A DNA stretch of 64,000 nucleotides, taken from the NCBI RefSeq assembly GCF_000181795.1, contig NW_003526940.1:150610-214609 (forward strand), written 5' to 3'. Source of the DNA: Trichinella spiralis (lineage: Eukaryota). The translations under genes were made by a program, and so were the position numbers. A model generated the notes under the pieces. It had not been told where the DNA came from. It ran no database searches and saw only the letters and a list, made by a program, of their open reading frames with translations. Of this stretch, positions 12,301-25,152 are shown one piece after another (within the stretch, counting starts at the first letter, position 1; every line of letters begins with the position of its first letter).

Positions 12301-15300
12301 ACAAGATATTCCCAACCAGTAACCAGGTAAGGAGAAGAAGAATATGAATAGGAAGAATAAGACGTGGAAGAAGAAGAAGAAGAAGAAGAATCAAGCAAAA
12401 CTAGCAACCATTAAGCGCAATGGACAGATGTGAAAATTTAAAACGCCACTCCACGGCGCCGGCCCATAGAAGCCATGATCGGTCCGCGAATACAACGGCT
12501 CGCTTTGCTAGCGCTCGTCTACGCCACTCCCACCACGTCCGAAAGCCGCATTCCTGATCGACAGCAAGATGTTTACTACGACATTTTCTACGATAGCAGT
12601 ATGCAAAACTGAACCATTGAAAAAAACACCGAAATATTATATATATACTTTTTTTTTCAACAACAAACTGCTTAATTAATTAATTGAAATTCAGGTTGCC
12701 CAAGCGGTTGGAAAAGCAACGCGGTGCGTGATTTCATATTCGTCAGTCGACGAGCTAAGATGATCCCGGTGTCGAATCCAGAAGCTTGTCTCAGACATTG
12801 CTACATGAGAACTGATTGCAAATCGGCCAATTTGGTGAAGTCAAAATGGAAATTGGATAAACAAACCCTTGCCAAATTCAACTGCCATCTGAACGAACAA
12901 AGTCAATTCGACCGACCCGAGCTGCTCGTACCCCAAAAGGGCGTCATCTACTACGACAGTATCCACTGTACAACACCAGGTATTGGATAATATGCAAATT
13001 TTATTATTATTATTATTTGTGTAGTAGAATTTTTCTTATGCATTGCAGATGAGTCGATCTGATCGAACAACGGCAACGATCATCACCAGCTTTCAAACAA
13101 TTTCATCCAATCTTGGTCGTAAACTAATGCTTATTATATAAAACATTTTTTCCCTTTCTCCCACTACTACGCTGTTCAGATCTCCTCCAAAGCAGAGTAA
13201 ATAAGTTTTCATTCATTATTTTATATCCTATTTTCACATTACTTCCTTTTTGAATAAATTTTTCTTTCATATCGATTCTTAATCTAAACTTTAATTACAA
13301 TTCATTTCAAAAAACAAGACCCAAACAAATTATAATTTTTCATATTTTACATATGTTTGTACAGAATTAAATAATTAACAAACAAAATTAAATAATGCAA
13401 AAATCTGAAACATCAAGTTTTCCAAAATTACGCAACAATCAAATGCCATTGAAAAAAGTTTAAATCGAATCAAAACAATTGTGTTATTTCAAAATAAAAA
13501 AGTTGACCAAAATTAATACCACCGAAACTGTAAAATTCAATCGCATTATTCACTTTCATTAGCTGTTGTTTCACGTTAATCAAAAATGTTCTGCTTGTTC
13601 ATCGAAGAGAACAAACAAACAATCAATCAAGAAAAAGATTTGCTGATTTACTTGTGAAACTTTTCATTTTCGTCAAATTTCAACTCTCAATTTTTGAATC
13701 TGAAGTACTGAATTAGACATATCAATTGTTATCAACCAAATTCAACATTCTAATTATTCAGTAAATTCATAAATCGCATAATGCGAAAAATTCACTGCTT
13801 ATTTATAAAGCAGAATAAACTACTAGTGGAAAAAAGAAACCGTATAACTTAAAATTACTTTTATGACAAATAACAACTTCTCAACAAGATATGATAGAAA
13901 ACAATCTCCTATAAGAAAAATATCAGTTCTACTGAAAACTTATAATTTACTTCTGCAAGATTAAATTATTTTTACAAAATAGAAAAAGATAAAATTGCTA
14001 ACCTCTTATTTGTTCAGCTCGTATTTTCTCCGCCTGCTTGCTTGAACCAGATTTCTGCATCCTACTCAAAACCATATCATCTACTGTCCAATCTTCTGTA
14101 TGTTTTTCGGATATACTCTTAAATTTACAAAACAAAACATAAATTATTCAAAATAAGCATATTACATTCTATTCATTACATTTCCAATAATCAATCATAG
14201 GATTCACTGAATTAAAATTGAAATTAAAAATAACAGAAATTTCGAATTTTCAATTCAATTTCAGTACGTTGTAGAGAATGAAAATACAGTTACATTTAAA
14301 TTTTTAACAAAAATTTCCTTTTTATTAAATAATTATTTATATCACAACTACTAAATCATATTAGAATACATACAATTTTATAATTTTACCGTCGTAAAAA
14401 TTAAAAAAAAACAAAAAATTCACGAAATTCATCTTCTATGTAGAAAAACTTAAAATTATTATCAATCAGTTAATTTTTTAAATCTTAAATTAAGATAAAA
14501 AAGAATTACAAACTGAACAATAAGATAATTATTACCTTGGTCGGGAAATGATAAACGTCAAAATCTTCGGAATCAGTCATCATCTTTTCTTTCTTCAACA
14601 TATCCCGAACATTTAAATCTTTTTTCTCATTCTAATTAAAAAATTATTTTATAAAATGATGAAATGAAAAAACAAAACAAAGATATACATGCTTACATCT
14701 ACTGAATCAACGAGGAAAGTGGTTCCTTTACGAATATTCATTTTGGTTAGTACAACTTCCTTCGATCCTGTTTCTTCAGAAGGTGTGGAATCGTTCGATT
14801 TAAAATGTTCAATTGCTTCTTTCAATGATTTAATCTGATTCTAAATTCAAGCGCTTCATTTTTACCATCCAAAAATTGAAATATTTTTTTCTCACTTGAT
14901 CTCCCATCATTTCTGCACGAAACAATTTTGCTTTCAACTTATTCAACTCATCTCTTAATTTACCGTCCGTTCTTCTTCCAGTATGTGCATTTCTTTCTAA
15001 AAAAGTTTGTTTTTAATAAGCCAAAAAATATTTATTTTTAAGTGTATATATTTGATTGAACCAGAAGCTTCTAAATTTGATTCAGAAGATGCTGCATCTG
15101 CAGAACGCACGAAATCTTTTCCACGATGATCATATTCATTAACTAGCTTCCTAGCAAGCTTGGGTTGCAAAGGTTTCGCTCTGACTGTTTCAGAAGCTTA
15201 AGTTAAAACAATCATTTGTAAATCATCTGAACAGCAAAACAATCGCTTACCCCCAAAGTAGGAGCCGGAAACCTCACCCGAAATATTTTTCCCATACTAA

Positions 15301-15888
15301 AAACATTGGTCATTGTTAACGTGTCTTACAGAAAACTGAACTTTTACTCTGCAATCGCCATCATTCAGAAATTTCGGCTTCTTAAAGCTACTTTCTGAAC
15401 AATTCTCTGGAGGAAGGCCATTACCTCCATCTTTCCAATATGGATTCAATTCCAAAGCAGCACGCTTTTCCTCCATATAAAACCAAAGAAACCAACATAT
15501 AAACAGAATACTAAATATTACACAGCTTACCGCTTTATTTAATCTTTCTTTTCCTTGTTTTCGTAAATTACGGCGCACTTCTCCGCCAGTAAAAGCGCAC
15601 AAGTAATCTATTGAATCATCAACAGAACTTGACTAAAAATAGATACAACAATAAATAAAAAAACAAATATAAAATAAACAGACTTTAAAATAAGATAATA
15701 ATTCTGATAAACATGCTGTAATTAAAATAGATTTACATAGCAGATTCTTTAAATTTTCCTTACAAATAAGAATTTCCTTGATAGCACAAGTATTATTCTT
15801 TAACACAAACTCACTGAAACATTTCTAGAAGCTTCATCACGATTTCTGTCAGTCATTTTTTTCTTTGAACTTTTCCCTTCGAGTGTGC
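9364..15888 (-). CDS. CWF19L2: CWF19-like protein 2 (CwfJ C1/C2 domains; intron-lariat spliceosome), 5' end uncertain
   Basis: Exons give ELNPYWKDGGNGLPPE, ELNKLKAKLFRAEMMGD, LNVRDMLKKEKM and WTVDDMV. After intron 10443-14002 they give DFRRQEQKLDTCVRC..HFVIAFGNQ/TYLALPKNKPLVRNHCLIAPLNH..DEDVLDEIK, CIFFET..HCFLECIPV..APMYFK/QAIMECE, IPAGFSYFVVYFGLEGGMAHIIE and EVIGGMLGLEYNQWRK. Stop TAA 9364-9366; candidate ATG 15856. Confidence 0.92.
12475..13062 (+). CDS. Small secreted PAN/apple-domain protein (~140 aa), nested antisense in the CWF19L2 intron
   Basis: Three exons (12475-12598, 12695-12979, 13049-13062) with GT-AG sites in consistent phase. Signal-peptide-like MIGPRIQRLALLALVYAT. Six-Cys pattern C..EACLRHC...DCKSAN...NCHLNE...VIYYDSIHC. 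AATAAA near 13253. Confidence 0.8.
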
Positions 15889-16887
15889 TAAAATAAAAAA
15901 AATAAACGAGCAACAAATAATTACAACCATCAAAAGCTTTTTACGGAGTTCATTTTATAACTGTAAACTAACAAATTTAATAAACAATTCAACAAAAAAC
16001 AAAAACTGCATTCATTCAATTTCAAATTATACACTTACAATTCAATTTCATTTATAAGATTCAGAAATATATTTTACATTAGAATTTCATCACAAAAATA
16101 AAATTAAGTGAAATTATTTTTACTACAAATTCAAGTTTGAAAACATTCAAACAATCATTTTGAGAATATTGTACTATCGTATAAATGATAATTAAGAATT
16201 AATAAAGAAAATATTCTCTGGCACGTTTTTATAATATTTAGTAACTAACTACTGATGCAATTATTTGTAATTATATAATCCAAAATATTAAGCAATACAA
16301 TTAACATTTTTCTGACGTAAGGACTTGACTCAAAAAAGTAAGACCTGGAGTAACATACTGCTAGAAATTAAACTATTTTTGCATTGTGATAATGCCTAAT
16401 ACTAAATGTAAACAATTTTAATGTAAAAATAAAATATTTGGGTTTATGACTGATAATCAGAACTGGATCGCAGGCGAAGCAGAGTAAAATTTACGGTTAC
16501 AAAATTTCAAGTTTTAGCAAACTGTTTCTATTTAAAACAGCAACTCAATTCTAATTGAGTTGATAAGTCTTCTTTCGTTCGATTTTTATTCAAAATGTTT
16601 TATTATTCTCTTCTCAGCAGTTAGTATTCGATTGTCGCTTCAGTCGNNNNNNNNNNCAATGATAAAAATTTATTTTCAAAAATACTGATAATGAAAAAAG
16701 TATAGACCCACACAACAAATAATATATTTAAATAAAACAAAATTTCAATGAATGACGAAACTTCAAACAGACAATAAAATTTTGGAATAATAAATATTTT
16801 CATTTTTTATGTTACGTTACTATTATTAAAGTTACGTAATCCTAAATGGAATATTTGAACCAATGAAATGGAAAAATATTACAGCTA

Positions 16888-19840
16888 ATCACAAGGGAAA
16901 GGTTTGAATCAATGAGCAATCAGACAAGGAAAACCAATACGAAAAAGACTTTACGGTCTAATAAAATAGCGAGGACAACGACCAATAAATGAACAGTGGG
17001 ACCGAATGGGAACAAAATTGAGCCCAAGTGGGACCATCCCACCTTTTTCAATGCAATGTTTGTTGTCTACTAATTTGAATGCATGTCACTGTAAAAGGCA
17101 ACTGTTATTCTGGACAACAATGCAAGTTTCGTTTATTACAAGTCATAGTGCGAGTTCCGGATCGTAAAAGCGGTATTACATCCGCACACTAATTAAAACG
17201 TTTAAAGGAAATAGTATCTACCATTATGTGAGTACATGAAGAAATGTCGACAATACTGCATATACACATAAGACTGTAAATATTTTACAATACATTTGCG
17301 ATATAATAAAATGTATTATATGCTATTGTTCGCACATAAAAATATGATAAATAAGTAAAAATAATGCAGATATATCAGTAAGGTGAAGGTAAGGATGCCA
17401 AACGTTTAACTTCTTCTTCTACATAACCGATGTACTGCAGCTTGTTGATTTCATAAACTTGCATGCAAACGTACTTCATACGCATTTCATCCTAAATTAC
17501 GTAAACATTGTAATGATATTTACGTTTATAATGTCTCATCTTTCATATGACATAAAACACTATTTGGAAACAATTCTGTTTGCGTTTTAATATATTCATT
17601 TTTATACTGGTAAATTTCTGAAATGTCAAACATTATATTTCCACCTGAACAACGTATTTATTCTACTTCATTGAACATTACAATTCAAAAATGAAATTTA
17701 ATTTTTGTACTCACATTGTAAATTTCTTGCTTCGCTCGGAGACGAAAAATGAAACTTTTCAACAAAACATTATCAAATACAGCATCGTAACTGTCCACAT
17801 CCTAAATAAAATAATTCGAAAGAAAAAAAAACAGAAAAAACTATACTGTAATGTAGCAGAATATCAAGTGAAATTATTTTTAAATATTAAAATGATACCT
17901 GTTCCCTAAGATTGACCAAACGATCCACGTCGCAGTTCAAAAGCTTCTCTGCGGTGTCTTGAAACAATGTTGTCATCACTGAACCGCTAAAATCACCCAC
18001 GCGAATCTAAATGACAATTACAATCCCAATTATGAACAATTCAAACCAAATCAAATCACAAAAATTAAAAATTAGCAATTTAATTACGTACAGACAGAAG
18101 CAAACGCCATTTGAAACTTGGAAAATCTTTGTTGCATTTTTCACAACGATACAGACCTGTGTTCAGGTCGGCAATCTTTTTGTTACAATCTGGTGATGGA
18201 CAAGCCTAACAGAACAAAATATAATATATTTGAAAACTTTTTAAAGTGTATTTTTATTTTCAATTACCGGATACATGCAATTCTCACGACTGATGTACAT
18301 CACGCTACCACTGACGTTGAAATATTCAGCATTATCGCCGACAGTTTCAGTTTTACGATTCGGATCGGCCAACGCAACAGGAACCAAATTTTTATCTGTG
18401 AAACGTGATGTCAATAAATAAAAGAAAAAAAGCAAACACAAAACAAAAAATGTAATAATTTCAATTTACAAAGGTTGCTGCTTGAAGACGAGTCGCCGCT
18501 AAATGTGGATAAATTCTGACCAATTTCAAGTGCATCTTGTCTCTCGAACCAGCCACGAAGTTTGTGAGCTTCAGGTATATCAGGATCAACGTGTATCTGT
18601 CCATCTCCAACAGTACTCAACGATACACCGCCTGCACAAAATAAAAAACCCCATATATATATATATATATATATATATATCAAAGCAAAACAACAATAAC
18701 AAACCTCCAAAATCGGATATTCTTACACCTTTCACAGCTATGATCGGATGACCGTGTTGTTTGAAATTCTCGGCCTGAAATATAAACAGAGTAAACAAAA
18801 TGTTTATTTATTTGAAAAGCAAAACCAACAACAAAACCTCATTTCCCCACAATGTCAACGTGATAGCTGTTTTCGTATCGTCAATCAAGAAAAGATCTCG
18901 TTTCAACAGTTCTCGTTGACTAGCCCTTGCCACTTTGTGCTCCAATTCGCCAATTTTCTCCACAACTCCCAGTATGTCTGAAAGTTAATTTCACAATTTG
19001 CAATCCATATATACATATATATCTGATTCGCATAATTAAAATTGAAATTCCAAAAGTCTCTCACCGATTAGCTGTTTCCTGTTCGTCCGCGGAATTTCGT
19101 CGAATTTCACAAAACGAAATGACAATAACGGCAATTTATGAACATTTTCATCTTTGCACGGTTCAACCTGAGTTTCAGAGGAAAATGCCAACTCATAATC
19201 GTTGTCTATTGACGTGAACTGTCTGTTCGCTACTTTGATAATACCACCACGGATTAGATAAACCTGAACATCACAACAACAACAACAACAACAAAATTGT
19301 ACATATAAATAAATATATCAATTTGACGAATACCTGCTTTGGTTGGAGAACACTGAAAAGACGATCACATTCTTGATTAAACGCAGTCGCTCGAATCTCA
19401 CCGCTTTCATCCATCAAATCAACGCTGAACAATTTACCATCTCCACGTTTGTTGCTCCAATTTCTAATGTCCGTTTTTCTAGTCACCCGAGCTCGAATAC
19501 ACCATCTAAAATCACACTCAAATTTGCATAATTTTCAGAAAGCGAACAAAAAAAAAAGAAACAGAATTGAAAATCTTACTTGCTCTGATAAGGAGAGAGA
19601 CTGATAATTGGAAAAATAATTCTCTGCTGTTCGCCTTGAGGAGCTATTGATGAATTATCCGATTTCGACGCTAACGATGCAGTACGAGTCGAAGAATTAT
19701 GCGATTTTGTCACTGACGATGCCGTAAGAGTCGAAGAATTATCGGATTTCGTCGCTGACGATGCGGTAAGAGACGAAGATTTCTTTGTAATTTCGCACTC
19801 TTCTGAACGGTCGCCTTCACTGAAATATACATACATATAT
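16888..19840. repeat. Near-identical direct duplicate of window positions 1-~2960
   Basis: ATCACAAGGGAAAGG at 16888 equals position 1. Identity runs to the gap at 19841 with scattered SNPs and microsatellite length differences. Confidence 0.95.
17375..19820 (-). CDS. RPA1: RPA1 second copy (3' two-thirds; 5' part lost at gap)
   Basis: Same exons as copy 1, stop TGA 17375-17377. A 1-bp deletion near 19806 (GAAAC to GAAC) lies close to the contig end. Confidence 0.8.
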
Positions 19841-21055
19841 NNNNNNNNNNAAGGTGCTTCAAATTCTCGTCTGCCAGTGGACATCACGTTCTTGCAATGT
19901 TAGCAGTAGTGCGCTATTTGTGTGTGATTAATTTCATTCTTTTAGTATCAACAAAAGGCATTAGTGCCACAAGGAATATCAGAAGTTGATCTTCGATTGT
20001 AGATAAAATATGAAATGAAAACTAAGTATTATTGCAAAATGGTTATTTAAAATGAAATTCAAAACTGTCCAGTTTATTTGCATTTTTGGTGTTGCGTTTC
20101 AGTTCAGTGCTTTGCGTTCCAGAGTTATTCGAATCATTTTCTATTCTGTTCCTTGTTATTGCTCAGTACCCTGAGTTACATCTTGTACCAAATCATTGCG
20201 GGATTTAGTCCAATTCGGTGGTATGGTAGGCAGGATATATAAATTAAAACGTGCCCGCAAACAGAAATATTGGAGATGTTCAAAAGTATGCGCTGAATGT
20301 ACAGCATGTGTTCCTAGTTATTAACAATTACTTTATATTGGTATAGGATAAAGAAGGCGGCGTGGGTGCAGTGTGGACAGATTTAGAAGTTCCGGCTGGG
20401 ATCGATCGAAAAGATCACGTTCAAAATTGCCGGGTAGATGAGCACATGGCCTATATAGACTGATGGCAACCGTAAAANNNNNNNNNNTTGTTATGTTGTC
20501 CATGATAATTTTCAAAACTGAAAATGTAATTTTTTTAATAATATAAAAATTTTTGGTTATAATAATAATAAAATTATAATTTATAAATTTATAATTTATT
20601 ACTTGTTAAAAATCAATTCTTTGATATTCAAATTGGTCTTATGGGAGAGGGGGGGGTGAATCACAATTCCTCATGTAAACATTCGGTGTAACTTGATGTA
20701 CTTGTAATTTTAAGGCACAATTATTGAAAAATATCGCTTTCGTTCACTTTCAAATACTATTTCTAATCAGCGGACCATTTTATTCAAGCAACAACGCACA
20801 GCGAATATCACCGTCAAACATCTGCCGGTGACCTACTTTACGCAGATTATGCATTTTATATCCCATTTGGCATATTCTTCATTTTCATCTTGTCAACCTG
20901 TTTTAAGCAGCAAGCTTCAAACACCGGATCCTCAGGTTGTGAGCCGAGAGCAACAACTCCCTTTTAAATATTGAAATCCCAACTCGAATATTTCATTCGA
21001 ATCTACTGTTTTGCCATTAACATCTGCGTTGGTGCATTTTACGAATGAATAATAA

Positions 21056-21232
21056 AAATATCGGCGCCACATTGCTGACCTCTCAGACGAATTTTTGAAT
21101 TTTCCCGCCAATTTTACCCGGAAGTGTTTCTAGATTTATTCAGCTATTGTTAAAAGCTGCTATTGATTGCGTCACGGCCGTATGGTTCTCAAAACGTCAA
21201 TGCCGAAGTTGTTCAACTTGTCACTTCCGGGT
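21056..21232. promoter_or_regulatory. Promoter-like motif cluster: E2F-like TTTCCCGCCA and two inverted ETS-like ACCCGGAAGTG sites
   Basis: TTTCCCGCCA at 21101-21110, ACCCGGAAGTG at 21116-21126, and its exact reverse complement CACTTCCGGGT at 21222-21232. Locally CpG-rich. Confidence 0.35.
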
Positions 21233-23427
21233 GTATGATTTATTATAAAACTTGTTTTTCTATTTGATTTCTTGTGGAGAGGAAAAAATAAGAACAAAGT
21301 AATAATAACAAGACAACAATTTGCATATAATATTACTTATAATCCCAGTTTTTACTGCTCTTCTTACACAACTAGTCAAAGGAATAGATGTGTAATTTAT
21401 ACAAGAAAATCAACTAATAATACATGCAGTAACAGAGCAAACAGTGCCGGCAGAATTCTCTCATTTCATATATCATCAGAGAAAATATTTATTCAACAAA
21501 AGTCAAGTGATACAATTATTCTAGTGACATTTTATGAGCACAACTAATTTGAACAGGCAAAAATCGTGGGAACAAGTTGACATTCGAGATTTGAAATTAC
21601 CCTTTGGCCGATAACAAAATGTGTGTAATGGAGAATTAAAATATTTTTGTTCTAAAATGTAAACTTCTTACAAAATCTCCCATATACTGTAATTAAATAA
21701 TTAAAGAGGAGAATAATTGTCAACCATTTATTACAAAATGCTTTTGAACAACCAGAAAATTTGTCATCAATTCAAACAAAACACTAATTTGGTTTGATAT
21801 GCAGCTGTTATAAAAGATAATTTATAAATGAACAAATGTTCATCTGAGAACAGTTGAAGCTGACAAGTGTTACTTTGGATCTCAAAGATTGAAACTTTTC
21901 TGTCATTGAACGAATTCAGAAACTGACAAATTCAAAGCTGCGTTGATTTATCAAGCGCATTTGTTATGCTAATGGTAATTCTAATACAAAGACAAGAGAA
22001 ACAACTGTTCAACTAAAACCAGGAATAGGCAATGTAATGTCAACTACTGAATACTTTTCTCACCGTTGTAATTGGCATCTTAAATTAGTAGAATTAGCTT
22101 TTTTGTTTTCAATCAAAAAATTTTATTTAAATACAATCAAACAATTGCTAATTACGTTTTACTTTTTTCCACTAAACTCTGCTTATTGCTATCGGAAACG
22201 TATAGTTGGCATTACTTTCATCTTCAATCTCTAAACATATAGATAAATCTGTTTTTTCCTTTTTGTTACAATTTTAAATGTTTCTATTCACCTAAAATCA
22301 AAATTGTTATTTCTGAAGAACAAACATGTTACTAACACAAAAAGAAACCGAATAACTACGGCGCTAAAATTGCAATTTCAACAAATCTATCAAAAATATT
22401 CATGAAACTAACAAGAAAAAAAATTGTTTTCCAATCAGTTTGTAAAATATTTTGAATTTCTTATACAACAAAAATAATAATATTATTATAATTGCAGCAA
22501 CTCATTTGTTGTTACATTTTTGTTTTCCATAATTTAGAAATAAAAATCATAGTTGTACTGATGTGAACTTTACATTCATTTCTTGCAACTTGACCGATAT
22601 ACAATTTTCCACCATATAACAATAAACATTAAATATTACCATTTTCATGTGATAAAATTACATTTGGGTAAAAAATTGAACAATGACATCCCCTAGTTAA
22701 AGGAGAGTTTACATCACCTGGTTTGCATACCAATTTACAATAAATAATTAAATAGATAAAATTAACATTCATTTATTATACAAACATTCGAGTTGAATCC
22801 AAATTAATATGCCAGAAATACATTACTTTGTTTGGAATAACGCTAGTGTTGAAGACAAAGTAATTGAAGCTTGTTAAGCGGATTGAAATCTCAAAATTAT
22901 TCTCATGAACGATAAAACTTGACAAGATGTATGAAAATTTTTAACGAACATTTAAAATTATTAAAAATTACAAAAAACTATGGAAATTCAATTGAAATAT
23001 TTATACCGATGAAATGTAAACGTTCCAACCAGTCTGAATTAACGGTTATTCGCTGATGGAATATTGAAAATTATCTTCTAATGATATCCAGAGTCACATT
23101 GATCAATAATGAAAATTTACACAGGATTCAATCATATTAAAACAACTTTGAATCAATCAACAAATAACACCAATGAAAATATTAAATCAGCAAAAGAACT
23201 CGAAGGAAGAATGCCTCCAAAACGAAGCATTCCTAAAACAATTTACAATTATGCTTCAAATTTTTATTTTCACCATTTATTAAATTTTATAATTCGTCTG
23301 CATACATAAAATTAAAATTTATCTGTGCAGACAGCTTTAATTAAAAATTCTTTTTAATTACCAATTAACAGAAAGTTTCCAACATTATCAAACCTACAGT
23401 AACACTTTTACTTAAGTTTTAGAAAAT

Positions 23428-24393
23428 ACATAATGATTTCAAAAGCTCTGTTTTAACTGTTATTGTAATTTTAAATATAGTTTTTCTTATAATACATTAT
23501 TCATCTTGTGAAATCAGCAAACCATAATTAATTTATTATTATGTTCAGGTGAAGGAAGACTGCTGAGTATTTCACCTTGAAAATCAATAATTACTGTAGA
23601 AATACAGTAGTAATAGAACTGGCGTGGTGATGTGGAATGATTAATATGGAAAGTTGGTATGAATATGTAGTAAAGAAGAATAATTCACTGGTTTGTTGGC
23701 ATTGTTGCGATTAAACTACTGCCCTTTTATAAGCAAAACCCGTGGACTGGGATTTCACAGGTATAAGTTCAAATTGTAGTGTTTTTGACAAACTTTTGCC
23801 ACGTCATCTCATCCTTTTTAGAATTAGTCGCTAATGAGGTTGATGAATTAGTGGAACTCGTTCAAGATTCATCGTACAAAAACCTTAAATGACGCCTGCT
23901 GTAACGTTTTGGCATATCTAAAATGTAGCGCTTCCTTGTGATCACTACTCCATTGGCAGTTGGCAACGTGAAGTCGTTCCAGATGTTTCGTGATGAACTA
24001 AAGTTGTGGCAATGCTATTGACCAGAATGCATGGTTTCTCCGTAACCAATTTTTGTGTTGTCTACTTGTGAACATGGAAATGATAATTGAAATGGAAATT
24101 TTGCCAACGTAAAGGAAATGGCCAACAGATCTGATAATTTCTTTTCATGAATCACTGCCGTCCCGATGGAAACTTATGACAAAATTGTATCAAGCTTGAC
24201 AAACAACTGCGCTCTTGGCAAAAATTGACACCAGGCTCACCTCAACATCCTTACAATAGGACTGATGCGAAGGGCGCATTGAAGGATAATGGAAATTATT
24301 CTGCAAAGCAGGTGTGGCGTAGCTGTTTTACTAATCGCAGATTCAGCGTCGCAGTCCGCCAGTGTTATAGACGCGACTTTCGTAAGCTGACAT
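23428..24393 (+). mobile_element. Degenerate Ty3/Gypsy-type gag (DUF7041-like), copy B, inverted relative to copy A
   Basis: Gag-like frame starts GCG ATT AAA CTA CTG CCC TTT at 23707. ORF 24225-24467 shares KDNGNYSAKQVWRSCFTNRRFSVAVRQCY with ORF 5781-5981(-). Confidence 0.7.
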
Positions 24394-24499
24394 GCAGTTT
24401 TTGCTTCTTTTTTATTACTGATATAACATCGTACGTTTCCTACGAAGGCATCAAGCCGTTACCGTAGAAAGTGTGCTAAGCTCCGTTAGNNNNNNNNNN

Positions 24500-24944
24500 A
24501 AATAAAATTAAACTAAACGAATCGTATCGTCATGTCATATCATTCAGTTCAGTTGATTTGTCTGGTCCGGTCCGGTAGTGAAGTAAATTAATTGAGCTGA
24601 ACTGAAGTTAAGATTAAGTTTAGTTTAATTTAATCTGAACTGGACTAGCCTACGCTGAGCTGAGCTGATCTAGGCGAGTAGAGTCGCGCCGCGCGGGGCA
24701 AGGCAAGGGCAGGGCAGGGCACGGCAATGCAATGCAATGCACTCCACATTATTTCCTTCCAGTGCAGTGCAGTGCAGTTCAGTTCAGTTCAGAGTAGAGA
24801 AGTAGAGCAGAGCGGAGATGAGATGTGATGAGATTACTCTGCTTAACTTAACATATCTTATCTAAATTAAAGAAAGGATCGGATAAGATAGCATGACATG
24901 GCATGAAATGAAATTCATTTCATCGCATCGCATGGTATGCTATT
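24500..24944. repeat. Period-5 'drifting' low-complexity tract
   Basis: Successive pentamers differ by about 1 nt (AAATA AAATT AAACT AAACG AATCG TATCG ... GCAAT GCAAT GCACT ... TATGC TATTC TATAC). Confidence 0.85.
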
Positions 24945-25118
24945 CTATACTATACTATACTATACTATACTATACTATACTATACTATACTATACTATAC
25001 TATACTATACTATACTATACTATACTATACTATACTATACTATACTATACTATACTATACTATACTATACTATACTATACTATACTATACTATACTATAC
25101 TATACTATACTATACTAT
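24945..25118. repeat. (TATAC)n pentanucleotide microsatellite, ~35 units
   Basis: Perfect tandem array, directly visible. Confidence 0.98.
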
Positions 25119-25152
25119 TATTAGGGCAGATCAGTAATGCTGATGGATATAC

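Noticed and set aside
12018..12407. 129-aa minus-strand ORF
   Set aside because: Built from a (TCT)n repeat and a GC island; no recognisable domain.
20730..23100. Missing IR25a C-terminal exons or another gene
   Set aside because: No S2/M4 motifs or consistent spliced frame found.
24500..24944. CRISPR-like or encoded array
   Set aside because: No constant repeat with unique spacers; eukaryotic context.
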